The translations under genes were made by a program, and so were the position numbers. Below the pieces are notes generated by a model that ran no database searches, was not told the origin of the DNA, and worked only from the letters and a program-made list of their open reading frames with translations. This document shows positions 8,744 to 20,431 of a stretch of 57,978 nt of DNA, piece by piece (within the stretch, counting starts at the first letter, position 1; each line of letters opens with the position of its first letter). Source of the DNA: Coriobacteriales bacterium. Lineage in GTDB: Bacteria; Actinomycetota; Coriobacteriia; Coriobacteriales; UBA8131. The stretch lies in NCBI GenBank assembly GCA_031256715.1, contig JAIRQA010000128.1:1-57978 (forward strand). The letters are read 5' to 3'.

Positions 8744-9331
8744 TTAATCTATGTCTATGTTTATATCAACTTCGCCTCTACGCAAAACTTTTGCTTTAGA
8801 GCCCAAACATGACACGATTGTTGAAGGCGTAGCTAGTGGCAATCTGCCTACATCTACAATTGCATCAACTCTTTTTAATAAGTTAGGACTTAAATCGCTG
8901 ATGTCAGTGACAGCAGCTTCGCCACTAATATTAGCACTACTTGTGGCTAATGGGGCACTTGAGGCCGCAATCAAAGAAAGTGCTATCGCGTTATTGGGCA
9001 TACGCAACGCAATACTGCCATCATCAGCCACAAACTGCAAAGGCACTGCCGTACCTGCTTTTAAAACCAAGGTCAAGGCACCAGGCCAATACTTCGTAGA
9101 AAGTAAATACGCATATTTGGGAACACTGCAAGCATACGTATCTAACGAGGTTTTGTCTGCCACAAGCAAGGGAATTTTTTTCTGTGGCGGCCTTTGCTTA
9201 ATCTGAAATAGCTCGTCTGGGTTATTCTTATCTGTAGCTAACATGCCTATGCCATAAACAGTGTCTGTTGGAAAAATCACAATACCGCCAGACTTAAGTG
9301 CATCAACCGCATTGGCAATCATAGTGTTCAT
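8744..9331 (-). CDS. tsaC: L-threonylcarbamoyladenylate synthase (YrdC/Sua5 family, single domain)
   Basis: FPTDTVYG, KQRP, YWPGALT, TSSANISG, PSTIV. Confidence 0.92.
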   Translation of the reverse strand: MNTMIANAVDALKSGGIVIFPTDTVYGIGMLATDKNNPDELFQIKQRPPQKKIPLLVADKTSLDTYACSVPKYAYLLSTKYWPGALTLVLKAGTAVPLQFVADDGSIALRMPNNAIALSLIAASSAPLATSSANISGEAAVTDISDLSPNLLKRVDAIVDVGRLPLATPSTIVSCLGSKAKVLRRGEVDINIDID

Positions 9332-9388
9332 AAGTGTCCCATCTATAATTTGTTACAATTACAAATAGCTACGGGCAGTCACGAGCAA

Positions 9389-10399
9389 CTAAGAGCAATT
9401 ACGGGCAGTTATAAAGCGCTGCCGTTCTGTAAGGTCGTTATGAATGACTATATCGTTGTAGGCCATGGCAGATAAGATATTGGCAGCACTGTCTAAACAT
9501 TGTTCATGCAGCTCACAAGCCAACAATCCACCTGGTTTTAAAAGCCTAGTTGCTTGTTTAGATAAAAGCTCAAAAACTCGTAAACCATCAACACCTCCGT
9601 CTAAGGCCTGTTTGTTTTCGAAATATCGCACTTCACATGGCAGCGTGTCTATTAAGTCACTGGGGATATAAGGCGGGTTAGAGACAACAACATCAAAACT
9701 CTTCTGATCTTGCGGGCTGGTAAGAAGTGAAGTTGCCAAATCATCCAGTAAAAAAGTGACTCTATTGCTTTGCGTCTTTTCTAGAAGCTGAGCGTTATCT
9801 TTGGCAAGCTCTAAAGCGCAGGCGTCATTATCAGTTGCCACAATTAAACAACACGGATGCTCATGAAGCAAAGAAAGTGCGATGCAACCTGTGCCTGTGC
9901 CCACATCTAGTACCTTTGGCTTGTCAAAAGAAGTTGTCTTCTCTAAATAAACAGCATTTGCATCAGACGTCCTAAAACTAACAGCATTTGCATCAGACGT
10001 CCTAAAGCTAGCCGCATTTTCCTGCGCATCCCCGGAAAAAAAAGCCTTAGTGGCACCGCCACAGACAAGCTCATCTAACACCAACTCTACCAACATCTCT
10101 GTCTCTGGACGTGGAATAAGCACAGGCGAACGCACTATTAACTCAAGGTGACGAAAGGGCGCATAACCCATAATGTATTGCAGAGGTTCATGTGCATCAC
10201 GCCTTTTGATGGCCTCACGCAAAGTAGCTCTTTCGTTAACGCTTAAAGGACGTTCGTAGTCTAAATATAGCTCCAACCGCGAAAGCCCTGTTGCATAAGC
10301 AAGAAGCTGTTGAGAAACAAGCCGCGGGTTATGCTCACCCGCTTTACTGAAGTGGTCAGTCGTCCACTCTAAGGCGGTATGTATGGTCCAGATGCTCAA
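9389..10399 (-). CDS. prmC: Release factor glutamine methyltransferase
   Basis: EPLQYI, LIPRPETE, DVGTGTG, SNPPY, ALDGG; follows prfA; 30-bp repeat insertion at about 9950-10020. Confidence 0.95.
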   Translation of the reverse strand: MSIWTIHTALEWTTDHFSKAGEHNPRLVSQQLLAYATGLSRLELYLDYERPLSVNERATLREAIKRRDAHEPLQYIMGYAPFRHLELIVRSPVLIPRPETEMLVELVLDELVCGGATKAFFSGDAQENAASFRTSDANAVSFRTSDANAVYLEKTTSFDKPKVLDVGTGTGCIALSLLHEHPCCLIVATDNDACALELAKDNAQLLEKTQSNRVTFLLDDLATSLLTSPQDQKSFDVVVSNPPYIPSDLIDTLPCEVRYFENKQALDGGVDGLRVFELLSKQATRLLKPGGLLACELHEQCLDSAANILSAMAYNDIVIHNDLTERQRFITARNCS

Positions 10400-10411
10400 G
10401 TTATACGACCA

Positions 10412-11488
10412 TTAAACTGCCTCAGCCAGACGCTGCGCCCTGTCTGCTGTAATAAGCGCTGTGATAAGCTCTTCTAATCCATTACCGCCAGCGCCTAAAA
10501 GAATGCCATTGTATGTGCCATTATAACCTATACGATGATCTGTAACTCTGTCCTGAGGACCGTTGTAAGTACGTATCTTTTCAGAACGATCTCCGGTGCC
10601 TATCTGCGAACGACGCTCTGCACCCAGCTCGGCTTGCATTTCTGCCAGCATCTTGTCGTAAAGACGAGCTCTAAGCACCTGCATTGCCGCCTCTTTATTT
10701 TGCAGTTGCGACTTTTGATCTTGAGATTGCACAACCAAACCAGTTGGTAAGTGCGTAATGCGAACTGCGGAATCGGTTGTATTCACGCACTGTCCTCCAG
10801 GGCCACCAGCACGGTAAACATCTATACGCAAATCGTTTTGATTAATTTCTACTTCAACTTCATCTGCCTCAGGCAAAACGGCTACTGTTGCCGTAGAAGT
10901 GTGAATGCGTCCTTGACTTTCGGTTTTAGGTACACGCTGCACTCTATGCACGCCACTTTCAAACTTCATCACAGAAAAAACCTTTTCGCCAGTGACTTTA
11001 AATTCAATTTGAGAATAGCCTCCGGCTTCAGAGGAAGAAGAGTCTAGCTGCTCTACGCGCCATTTGTGCTCATCGGCAAAGCGTACATACATCTTATAAA
11101 GATCCCCCGCAAAGATGGCGGCCTCATCTCCACCGGCACCGGCACGTATCTCTACAATAATGTCCTTGTCGTCGTTGGGATCTCCAGGAACCAACATCAG
11201 TTTAATCTCGTCTTCTAATGCCAAAAGACGTTCGCTAAGTAAGGTGATTTCTGCTTGGGCAAAATCCTTCATCTCGGGATCGTTTTCGCTCTTAAGTAAT
11301 TCGCGAGCTTGTTCTAAGTCCTCAGTAGACTGAACAAATTCTTTGGCCAAGCGCGCTAATTCAGACTGGCTAGCATGCTCTTTTGCTAGCCTTGTATACT
11401 CCTTCTGATCAGCTAAAACCTCTGGATCTCCCAGCTTTGCCTCAAGGTCGGCAAAGGTGCCTATAATATTTTGTAATTTATCGTACAC
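10412..11488 (-). CDS. prfA: Peptide chain release factor 1
   Basis: [12 protein letters not shown] (PxT), GGQ, RTYN; probable GTG start at 11488 overlapping the pheT stop (ORF track start 11503). Confidence 0.95.
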   Translation of the reverse strand: MYDKLQNIIGTFADLEAKLGDPEVLADQKEYTRLAKEHASQSELARLAKEFVQSTEDLEQARELLKSENDPEMKDFAQAEITLLSERLLALEDEIKLMLVPGDPNDDKDIIVEIRAGAGGDEAAIFAGDLYKMYVRFADEHKWRVEQLDSSSSEAGGYSQIEFKVTGEKVFSVMKFESGVHRVQRVPKTESQGRIHTSTATVAVLPEADEVEVEINQNDLRIDVYRAGGPGGQCVNTTDSAVRITHLPTGLVVQSQDQKSQLQNKEAAMQVLRARLYDKMLAEMQAELGAERRSQIGTGDRSEKIRTYNGPQDRVTDHRIGYNGTYNGILLGAGGNGLEELITALITADRAQRLAEAV

Positions 11489-14333
11489 TTTGTTCACCGT
11501 CACAAGCTATATTGCCTAAAACATTTTCTGCTACATTTTTAACCGCGTTTTCAACTAAATTCTTGGCTGTCCTGTCATCGTCGCGGCCTTCTTCATTTTC
11601 ATGTACTTTACCATCTTCGCTGCCATCTTCACTTCCGCGAACTTTACCACCAGTCGCGGCAGTTAGTTTGCGTAAGACTTTGTTATGCAACTTGTCTACT
11701 TCATCGGCTGTAAGCGTGCGCTCAGAAGAGCGATACTCTAATGCGAATGCCAAAGACTGCTTGTTAACACCTAAGCGTTCAGTGTTTTTATAAACATCAA
11801 ATAGCCTGATGTTATAAAGCAATGCACCGGCCGCAGTGCGAATAACTTGCTCCACGCGCTCACAGCTAATAGCTGTATCTAGCGTGATTGCAATGTCGCG
11901 TTCTACAGCAGGATATTGCGGCACATCTTTATATTCACGCTTGGCATTTGCCGCAACAAGTAAAGCATTAAAATCTAGTTCAAAGGCAAGGACTGAAGCT
12001 TGCACATCAAAGTCACGAAGCACGAGGGGATGAATTTCTCCAACCCATCCTAATTGCAGCGATCCAACTAGAACACTTGCTGCGCGACCAGGTTGCAACC
12101 AAAACTCGTTTTGGCTGGATTCATCATTAGCTTCAATTTTACTTTCTAAAACTTTAAAGCGAGGAGCTTGACAATTTAGTTCACGTAGCAAAGACTGAAT
12201 GATGCCTTTGACGTCAAAGAAATCTATGCGTCGTGCAGTCTCGTTCCATTGTTGCTGATGCCAGCTTCCACAAAGAACGCAAGCTAACATTTTGCGTTCT
12301 CGAGGCAATTTGCGTCCCTCTGATGTAGAGAAAACCACTCCCGCCTCATAAAGGTGAACATCGTTGACACCATGATTAAGGTTATAGGCAACGCTGCGCA
12401 GCAAACCAGGGATAATGCTTTGGCGCATCACGCTTTGGTCGGCATTCATGGGATTAAGAAGTGAAACAGCTTTTTGATCTTTTGGTACAGGCAAGCGTAA
12501 AAGTTGCATGTCTTGCGGACTGGCAAAAGCATAGGTCATTGTTTCATTAATTCCCATTGCTCGCAAGCTTGCACCTATGCGTTCGCTCCTGATTTGTTCG
12601 ATACTAAAAAGCCCAATGCGACCAGCGCCTGTTGGTAAAGTTAAAGGTACGTTTTGCATGCCCCAGATACGTAAAATCTCTTCGTATAGATCAATTTCGC
12701 GCTCAAGGTCTGGGCGAAAGCTAGGTGGCGTAACATTATAAATATCTAAAGAATTGTCATTTGCACAAGAATTATCGTTAGCTGCCCTAGATACACTACA
12801 GCCCAAGCGCTCCAATATTGCTACTGCTTCGTCACTGGCTATGTCTGCGCCAATGAAGCGACGCAACCTATGGCAATCCAAGTTAAGTATTGGTAGTTCT
12901 TTGGGGTTAACATAGACATCTGCCAGACCTTCGCAGACTGTACCCCCCGCAACAAGTGCTATAAGCGCAGCCGCCCTTTGTGCAAAATCGCCACAAGTGG
13001 CTGCGTCTACACCACGCTCATAACGTCCTGCCGCCTCGCTAAAGAGTTGCAAGTTACGACTAGTGCGACTAGTGTGAGAAGAGCTGAATGTTGCTGACTC
13101 TAGAAGAATATTTGTTGTTGAGTTGGTAACCTCAGAGTCTAGACCGCCCATGACACCAGCTAACGCTATTGCCTGTGGTACACAGATAGCATCTGTGTTA
13201 TTTTCATTAGAACAACTGTCGTTACTAGTATTATCTTCAGATCTATATACGCTGTCTAAGTTTTTGTTATTGTTAAAGTTAGCTTTATTAACTTCTAAGA
13301 TAGCATTGCCATCGCTAATTACAGTAATATCGTTGCTTAGCGTGCGCTGAATGCCATCTAAAGTTGTGAACTTCTCGCCATCTATAGCAGCCCTAACAAC
13401 GATCTGCGCTTTACCATGGTCATCTTTTGCCAATGTGTCTAAGTCAAAGGCATGCAGCGGTTGTCCAAGCTCAAACATGATATAGTTTGTAGCGTCTACA
13501 ACATTGTTAATTGAGCGTGCTCCGGCAGCGGTTACGCGTTCAGCTAGCCACTGAGGAGATGGTCCAACTTTAACACCTCGGATGATAGCAGCAGTATAAC
13601 GTGAGCAGCGCGAAGCGTCATCGATCACAACCTTAACGCAATCTGTTGCTTTGCCATCTAGTTTTGGCTCATCAATCTGCTTGCCCAAGCTAAAATCTAC
13701 ATCATAAATAGCAGCGACTTCACGCGCTACGCCTAACATGCTCATGCAGTCTGGGCGATTAGGGGTTATCTCTAAATCAAACACGGTGTCACAGATGTCT
13801 AAGTAGCGAGCTATTGGCATACCAACTGGAGCATCTTTAGGCAAGATAAGTAATCCGGCATGGTCGTCGCCAAGCCCTAACTCTTTGGCAGAACAGTTCA
13901 TACCACAAGACTCTATGCCTCTAAGCTTGGCTTTTTTTATAATAAAATGGCCTTTGTCTTCTGTAGCGCTAGTATTAGGCATAATGGTTCCAACTGTGGC
14001 CACAGGCACCTTATCGCCTGCGTTAAAGTTTTGCGCACCACAAACTATTTGCAGCGGCTCATGAGCTATATTATTGCCAGCTATATTATTGTCGCTACTA
14101 TCATTGCAAGTTTTATTATTAGCGCCAACATCTACAGTAGTTACCCAAAGAGAGTCTGCATTAGGATGTGGTTTCTTTGTTAATATCTGACCTACGACAA
14201 TGCCATCCATTGTCGCACCTGTACTGCTAATGTCCTCAACAGCAGTACCTGTCATGTCTAAACGATCAGCAAACGCAGATATGTCATCTGGCACGCTCAC
14301 CATTGTCTTTAACCATTTATAACTTACTTTCAT
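11478..14333 (-). CDS. pheT: Phenylalanyl-tRNA synthetase beta subunit, enlarged (951 aa) by N/D/S-rich insertions
   Basis: [38 protein letters not shown]. Confidence 0.96.
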   Translation of the reverse strand: MKVSYKWLKTMVSVPDDISAFADRLDMTGTAVEDISSTGATMDGIVVGQILTKKPHPNADSLWVTTVDVGANNKTCNDSSDNNIAGNNIAHEPLQIVCGAQNFNAGDKVPVATVGTIMPNTSATEDKGHFIIKKAKLRGIESCGMNCSAKELGLGDDHAGLLILPKDAPVGMPIARYLDICDTVFDLEITPNRPDCMSMLGVAREVAAIYDVDFSLGKQIDEPKLDGKATDCVKVVIDDASRCSRYTAAIIRGVKVGPSPQWLAERVTAAGARSINNVVDATNYIMFELGQPLHAFDLDTLAKDDHGKAQIVVRAAIDGEKFTTLDGIQRTLSNDITVISDGNAILEVNKANFNNNKNLDSVYRSEDNTSNDSCSNENNTDAICVPQAIALAGVMGGLDSEVTNSTTNILLESATFSSSHTSRTSRNLQLFSEAAGRYERGVDAATCGDFAQRAAALIALVAGGTVCEGLADVYVNPKELPILNLDCHRLRRFIGADIASDEAVAILERLGCSVSRAANDNSCANDNSLDIYNVTPPSFRPDLEREIDLYEEILRIWGMQNVPLTLPTGAGRIGLFSIEQIRSERIGASLRAMGINETMTYAFASPQDMQLLRLPVPKDQKAVSLLNPMNADQSVMRQSIIPGLLRSVAYNLNHGVNDVHLYEAGVVFSTSEGRKLPRERKMLACVLCGSWHQQQWNETARRIDFFDVKGIIQSLLRELNCQAPRFKVLESKIEANDESSQNEFWLQPGRAASVLVGSLQLGWVGEIHPLVLRDFDVQASVLAFELDFNALLVAANAKREYKDVPQYPAVERDIAITLDTAISCERVEQVIRTAAGALLYNIRLFDVYKNTERLGVNKQSLAFALEYRSSERTLTADEVDKLHNKVLRKLTAATGGKVRGSEDGSEDGKVHENEEGRDDDRTAKNLVENAVKNVAENVLGNIACDGEQSVR

Positions 14334-14573
14334 AAATTCCTCTCTACAAAAGTACTTGTCTGATCACACATTAGCTTATAAGTAAATTCTTGCAGTTTTA
14401 ACATTTGCTAACCAAAAAGCAAGCTAGCTTACTAGCACAATAGCATCATTTTTGGCAATACTCTTAAAATTCTAGATCTGCCAGTTCTATTTAAGGCAGT
14501 AAAATTTCAAGTAAGAAAGTTCTAAGGCGATAAAGTTTCTGCTTCGCAAAATTCGGCAAAATTGTAAAACTAT

Positions 14574-15809
14574 CTAAAACTGACGCAAAAAACGCATATC
14601 ACCTTCAAGCAGCATGCGAAGGTCTGCAATGTCATATTTTAGGCAAGCTATGCGTTCTACTCCTAAACCAAAAGCAAAGCCACTGTAGCGATTAGGGTCG
14701 ATGTTAACAAAACCAAAAACGTTAGGATCAACCATACCACAGCCTAAAATCTCTAACCAACCAGTTCCTTTACAAAATCGGCAGCCGCTGCCGCCACAAA
14801 TGCCACAACTTACGTCTACCTCTGCACTAGGTTCAGTGAATGGGAAATAGTGTGGACGAAAACGCGTCTTGCGATCATTACCAAAAATTGCCTTGCAAAA
14901 ATAGTCTAGCGTACCCTTAAGGTCGGCAAACGTGATTCCTTCATCTACAACAAGTCCTTCAATTTGCGTAAACTGCGGCAGGTGAGAAGGGTCAGCAACA
15001 TCGCGCCTGTAGACTCGCCCAGGAGAAAGTATGTATATAGGCGGCTTCTGTGTCTCCATAACATGAACTTGTCCGCCACTGGTCTGAGTTCTAAGCAAAA
15101 CATCACTCTCTCCCACAACCGCTGTTTTATCGCCAGAAAGGTCTCTTACATAAAAAGTATCCTGTGAGCGTCGTGCCGGATGATCGGGCGTGTAATTTAG
15201 AGCAACAAAGTTGTAGTAGTCTGTTTCGACCTCTGTGCCCTCGTGCACCTGATACCCTATGCCTCTAAAAACATCAACAATTTCGGCAGTTAGGCGAGAT
15301 ATCAGATGCTGACTGCCAATGGTAAAGTTGCGTCCGGGTAAAGTAACATCTATTGCGCTTGCAGAAATTTGCGCTTGAAGTTCCTGAGCGGCAAGTTCTT
15401 CTCCGCGTTTTTTAAGCGCAGACTCTATGACGGTCTTAGTCTCGTTTACCACACGCCCAACCTCGCCACGTTGTTCTTTTGGTATAGAGCCCATACCTCT
15501 AAGAATTGATGTAAGTGAGCCTTTTTTGCCTAGAAATGCGACTCGCACATCATCTAGTATTCGGCTGTCACCTGCTGTCGTAATTGCATTTAGTGCGGCT
15601 TGCTGAATTGCCGGCAGATCTTGCACAGTAATTAACGAAGATTCATCTTGATTGCCGGCTTCAAGCGATAAAGCAAGGTCATGTGTTTTGGCAATTTGTG
15701 GCAAATTTACACATGTATTATTGCCGCGCTCGCCATCACTTAAAGCAACGCCGTCTTCATCAGGCGCGCCCAAGATGTTTGCGCTAGTATCTGATTCTAT
15801 TTCTTGCAC
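14574..15809 (-). CDS. pheS: Phenylalanyl-tRNA synthetase alpha subunit with about 60-aa N-terminal extension
   Basis: HPAR, LLRTQTS, FRPHYFPFTEPSAE, GFAFGLGVER; GTG 15809 preceded by GAGG. Confidence 0.95.
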   Translation of the reverse strand: MQEIESDTSANILGAPDEDGVALSDGERGNNTCVNLPQIAKTHDLALSLEAGNQDESSLITVQDLPAIQQAALNAITTAGDSRILDDVRVAFLGKKGSLTSILRGMGSIPKEQRGEVGRVVNETKTVIESALKKRGEELAAQELQAQISASAIDVTLPGRNFTIGSQHLISRLTAEIVDVFRGIGYQVHEGTEVETDYYNFVALNYTPDHPARRSQDTFYVRDLSGDKTAVVGESDVLLRTQTSGGQVHVMETQKPPIYILSPGRVYRRDVADPSHLPQFTQIEGLVVDEGITFADLKGTLDYFCKAIFGNDRKTRFRPHYFPFTEPSAEVDVSCGICGGSGCRFCKGTGWLEILGCGMVDPNVFGFVNIDPNRYSGFAFGLGVERIACLKYDIADLRMLLEGDMRFLRQF

Positions 15810-16024
15810 GATATACCTCTCTAAGATTGAATGCACTTTGTGTAAAAACACAAAGAGATAATTATACTGTAATGCTTGATAATATACCCAGTCACATTTA
15901 TGTTAAAATGATAATTAATGGGCGCAACAACTGGAATAGCTGAAAGCCTCGCAAAACCGTTAGTTAGAAATGCACAAAAATGCTAATAGATACTAGGATT
16001 TACATTTTAATGCTCTAAGGTGCT

Positions 16025-19000
16025 ATGACGTGCAGTTTTTTAATGTGTCCTGACATGGTAAACGAGCTAGTAGTGGGGAAATTTGTGGCAAAGGATATTA
16101 GAGAGCAACTAAAATTTAAACATCACCCTGTGCGACTGCGTGCATTCTTTACTTTTTCTGTAGCAGCAATCCTTATTATTTGCCTTGCACTAGGCATTGG
16201 CGGCGTGTTTGTCTCACAAAGTTTGCAAAGCACCATTCAAAGCGACTTTCAGATACTTGTTGGCATTGCCGATAAACTAGTTTCTGACGAGATTGATATC
16301 CTTAAAAAGGATGCCGACTTTATTGCTCAAAGGCTAAAGCTTTCGCCAAGCGAGCAAAGACAAGCAATTCTTAATGAGGAATTGTTACGTTTAGACAATA
16401 ACTTTTTAGCACTAACCATACTTAACCGCGAGTCTATTGTCATGGCCGTGGGTGATTACCCAACGTCTGCCGGATTACTTAGCGCACCTTATTTGCAACA
16501 TGCGTTTTCAGGCGAAACAGTCATGTCTACAACGCGTGTAGAAAATGATGGCGCGCTAACTATGCATGTTTGTTCGCCCATAGACAAAGATACCATACTT
16601 TCTGCCACCATAGACGGAATGTATTTTCAGAAACTTTTGGGAGACTTCACGGTTTGGGTAACAGGCGACTTATTTTTGCTGGACGAGACGGGCACAATGC
16701 TTGCCTGTGGCTCTAATGACTGGATAAAAAATCGTTACAACTTTATAGAAATTGCAAAAATAGATCCCGAATTTGCTAGTCGTGCCAAAACTACGCAGCA
16801 AATGATCTCAGAAAATGAAGGCATGAGCACGTTTAAAGTTGGTAGCGAAGAAAACATCCTTGCATTTCGTAAAGTTTCGCGCTCAACTGTTGGCTGGACC
16901 GTTGGAGCTTCGGCGCCTCTTAATGAAGGCCCTATGCAGATTGTTCTAGGCGGAGTGATAGTTATTGGCTTAATTTGTCTAGTCTGCAGCCTTATTGGTG
17001 CTATTATTACTGCTAAAAATGTCGAGAAACCCTATCTTGAGGCAGAACGCAATAAGCAAGAAGCCATAAACGCTAACGAGACAAAAAGCGCTTTTTTGGC
17101 AAACATGAGTCACGAGATGCGAACCCCCCTAAATGCCATTATTGGTTTAACTGAACTAATGCTATCTACAGAAGAGCTGTCAGCAACAGTGCGCGCTAAC
17201 GCAGAGAAGGTTTATTCTTCTGGCATCACTTTACTTGGACTAGTTAATGACATCTTAGATTTATCTAAAGTACAAGCAGGTAAATTAGAGATTATTCCGG
17301 TAGATTATGACACCCCAAGCATTATTAATGATACAGTAGTGCTTAATATGGTGCGCATAGGTTCTAAGCCAATTGAGTTTAAGCTAAATATAAATGAAAA
17401 TCTACCTAGCCGGCTTTATGGGGACGACTTGCGTGTAAAGCAGGTCTTTAACAACTTGTTGTCCAACGCCTTTAAGTATACTAAAGAAGGCGTAGTAGAG
17501 CTTTCTGTTAGCTGCGAGCGTGATAAACTTGATTCACAAACGCTATGGCTAACGGCTAGTATTGCAGATACAGGAATAGGCATTAAGCCAGAGCATATGA
17601 GCAAGCTCTTTAGCGATTATAGTCAAGTTGACACCAAGAGCAATCGCAAAGTAGAAGGTACAGGACTTGGTCTTTCCTTAACTAAACGCCTTGTAGAGCT
17701 AATGGATGGAACAGTTACTGCCAAAAGCACCTACGGAATTGGCAGTATTTTTACCGTGCGCTTTAAGCAAGGCTTTGTTACAGATGTGCCCATTGGCAAA
17801 GAGATTACAGAAAAGCTAACGCAGATACAGTACTCGGATAGCAAGCGTGACCGCTCGTCAAAGCTTGTGCGCGCTCACATTCCCTATGCTCGTGTTTTAG
17901 TTGTTGACGATGTGTCTACTAATCTAGACGTTGCCAAAGGATTGATGCGTCCCTATGGCATGCAAATTGACACAGTAATGAGTGCTGCACAAGCCATTGC
18001 AGCCATTCGCAGCGAGATGCCAACTTACAACGCCATTTTTATGGATCACATGATGCCAGAGATGGATGGCATAGAAGCCACGCAAATTATTCGCAATGAG
18101 ATAAACACAGAATATGCTCGCAATATTCCCATTATTGCACTTACAGCTAATGCCATTGTTGGTAACGAACAAATGTTCCTAGACCACGGATTTCAGGCAT
18201 TTCTATCTAAGCCCATAGATATCATGCTTTTAGATTCTATAATTAATCAGTTCGTTCGCAATCGCAAGCTTGAGCATGAACTAGCCAAGCAAGAAGTAGC
18301 TTTAGGCAAAAATCAGCCTACAGCAATTGAACGCCGAAGCAACAGTGACAGACGTCAAAGCGAACGACGCAGTGGCAAGGATCGCCGCGAAAATGTTAGC
18401 GCTGCCATCATGCCTGATGCGGCTTTCCTTAATAACGAACAGATAACACAGCACGATCTATTAAATCATTGGTGCATTCATGACATAGACCTTAAGCATG
18501 GACTGAAACTATTCGGCGATGATGCAACAACCTATTGGGAGGTTATAGAGTCTTATGTAAAAAACACAAGGAAAATTTTGCATGACCTAAATCATTATCT
18601 AACAGAGGATAAGATGAGTGAATATGGCATAGCCATTCATGGCGTAAAAGGCTCTAGTCGCGCAATTGCGGCCGAGACTTTGGGCACTCATGCCGAAGAG
18701 CTTGAGCATGCAGCAAAGTCGGACAATAGCGTTTTTGTAAGTGAACATCATAAAGAATTTGTAAAAAAGACCACTGTCTTACTTGATGCCTTACAAAAAA
18801 TGCTAGACAGTTATAAAGACACAACAAAAGAGCAAGCACTTGAGGTAAAAGAGCGGCCAGACATAGACATTCTTAAACGCTTGTATGAAGCAGCTTTAAA
18901 CTTTGACATTGACGCAACAGATATAGCTATGGAAGAGCTAGATGCTTATAGGTATAGCAATGACGACGGTTTAAGCACGTGGTTGCATGAGCAGGTAGCG

Positions 19001-19138
19001 GTCGCTGGATTTAAGAAAATTGCTAAGAGATTAGAAGAGTTTATTAAAGCAAACGATCACCGTAGCGATGATGCTATTCGTGAAGCCCTTAAATCCACTA
19101 ATGGTGCTGCAAGTGGTGTTGTTAAAGGTATTGAATGA
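16025..19138 (+). CDS. Hybrid sensor histidine kinase (TM, Cache-like sensor, TM, HisKA, HATPase, REC, Arg-rich linker, Hpt)
   Basis: FLANMSHEMRTPLN, NLLSNAFKYT, DTGIG, GTGLGL, FMDHMMPEMDG, HGVKGSS; true start probably 16056 or 16085. Confidence 0.93.
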   Translation: MTCSFLMCPDMVNELVVGKFVAKDIREQLKFKHHPVRLRAFFTFSVAAILIICLALGIGGVFVSQSLQSTIQSDFQILVGIADKLVSDEIDILKKDADFIAQRLKLSPSEQRQAILNEELLRLDNNFLALTILNRESIVMAVGDYPTSAGLLSAPYLQHAFSGETVMSTTRVENDGALTMHVCSPIDKDTILSATIDGMYFQKLLGDFTVWVTGDLFLLDETGTMLACGSNDWIKNRYNFIEIAKIDPEFASRAKTTQQMISENEGMSTFKVGSEENILAFRKVSRSTVGWTVGASAPLNEGPMQIVLGGVIVIGLICLVCSLIGAIITAKNVEKPYLEAERNKQEAINANETKSAFLANMSHEMRTPLNAIIGLTELMLSTEELSATVRANAEKVYSSGITLLGLVNDILDLSKVQAGKLEIIPVDYDTPSIINDTVVLNMVRIGSKPIEFKLNINENLPSRLYGDDLRVKQVFNNLLSNAFKYTKEGVVELSVSCERDKLDSQTLWLTASIADTGIGIKPEHMSKLFSDYSQVDTKSNRKVEGTGLGLSLTKRLVELMDGTVTAKSTYGIGSIFTVRFKQGFVTDVPIGKEITEKLTQIQYSDSKRDRSSKLVRAHIPYARVLVVDDVSTNLDVAKGLMRPYGMQIDTVMSAAQAIAAIRSEMPTYNAIFMDHMMPEMDGIEATQIIRNEINTEYARNIPIIALTANAIVGNEQMFLDHGFQAFLSKPIDIMLLDSIINQFVRNRKLEHELAKQEVALGKNQPTAIERRSNSDRRQSERRSGKDRRENVSAAIMPDAAFLNNEQITQHDLLNHWCIHDIDLKHGLKLFGDDATTYWEVIESYVKNTRKILHDLNHYLTEDKMSEYGIAIHGVKGSSRAIAAETLGTHAEELEHAAKSDNSVFVSEHHKEFVKKTTVLLDALQKMLDSYKDTTKEQALEVKERPDIDILKRLYEAALNFDIDATDIAMEELDAYRYSNDDGLSTWLHEQVAVAGFKKIAKRLEEFIKANDHRSDDAIREALKSTNGAASGVVKGIE

Positions 19139-19252
19139 TGTTTTACCGGATCTGCAATATTAAATCTGTAGCAACAAGAATTTGCGCTTTTCCCCAGTTA
19201 ACATCTAGTTTAGAAGAAAGATATATATTATTTAATAGCTTTGGAGGCTAGC

Positions 19253-20356
19253 ATGCAAACAAACGAACGTAAAACTATACTATTAGTAGATGACAACCCA
19301 ACTAATCTAACTGTAGGAAAAAGCATACTTAAAGAGAAGTTCAAGGTTTATCCACTACCTTCTGCAGAAGTGATGTTTGATCTTTTAGAAAACCTGATAC
19401 CTGATTTAATACTTTTAGATGTCGAGATGCCAGAAGTTAACGGCTACGAAGCAATACGCAAGATAAAGGCAGACCCAAAACTTAGGCAGATACCAATAAT
19501 TTTTTTGACAGCACTAAACGATGTAAATAGCGAGCTAGAAGGTTTAACACTTGGTGCTGTAGATTATGTTACCAAACCATTTTCTGGTCCATTGTTAATT
19601 CAGCGTATTAATAATCAGCTAGAGCTAGAAGCGCAACGACATGAGCTAGAAATCTTTAATGATAACTTACGCGGTTTAGTAGAGCAACGCACCGAGGAAA
19701 TTCAGAAACTGCAGTTAGCAATGCTAAATGTTATGGCAGATTTAGTTGAATTTCGCGATGCTAATACAGGCGGTCATGTAACACGCACGCAACGATATAT
19801 GCTCATGTTGCTTCATGAAATGAAGCGTCAAGGAGTTTATCAAGCACAGACAGCAGATTGGGATCTAGAAACCATTGCTTTTTCTTCTCAACTTCATGAT
19901 GTAGGCAAAATTGCTATTAGTGACACAATACTAAACAAGCCCTCAAAATTAACAGATGAAGAGTTTGAGATAATGAAAACCCATGTAACTTCTGGAATAA
20001 AAATTATCTTACGAGTTGCAGAAGACGCAGGTGAAAGCGACTTTTTGCATCATGCACTATTAGTGGCAAGTGGGCACCACGAAAAATGGGATGGTACTGG
20101 TTATCCTAATGGAATATCAGGCACAGATATACCATTACAAGGGAGGCTCATGGCGATTGCCGATGTTTATGACGCACTGGTGTCTTCGCGTCCATATAAA
20201 AAGCCCTTTAGCACTGATGCAGCACGAGATATTATTCTAGAAGGCACAAACACCCACTTTGACCCAGAATTGGTAAAGATTTTTGCTAGCGTAGCGAACA
20301 AGTTCGCTGAAATTGCTAAAGACCCAATGCTTCAAGAAGGATTTAATGTTGTATAA
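19253..20356 (+). CDS. Response regulator with HD-GYP cyclic-dinucleotide phosphodiesterase domain (RpfG-like)
   Basis: LLVDD, LLDVEMP; LHDVGKI, HHEKWDGTGYP, ADVYDAL, RPYK; GGAGG before ATG 19253. Confidence 0.93.
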   Translation: MQTNERKTILLVDDNPTNLTVGKSILKEKFKVYPLPSAEVMFDLLENLIPDLILLDVEMPEVNGYEAIRKIKADPKLRQIPIIFLTALNDVNSELEGLTLGAVDYVTKPFSGPLLIQRINNQLELEAQRHELEIFNDNLRGLVEQRTEEIQKLQLAMLNVMADLVEFRDANTGGHVTRTQRYMLMLLHEMKRQGVYQAQTADWDLETIAFSSQLHDVGKIAISDTILNKPSKLTDEEFEIMKTHVTSGIKIILRVAEDAGESDFLHHALLVASGHHEKWDGTGYPNGISGTDIPLQGRLMAIADVYDALVSSRPYKKPFSTDAARDIILEGTNTHFDPELVKIFASVANKFAEIAKDPMLQEGFNVV

Positions 20357-20431
20357 AGTTTTAATTTTTTTGAGAAGGTTATACTGTTCTTTTAGCAGCT
20401 ATTGTTATGCTGGTTTTTAAGCGATTTAAGA

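Noticed and set aside
15810-16024. T-box leader for pheS
   Set aside because: No T-box consensus or terminator visible in the short divergent region
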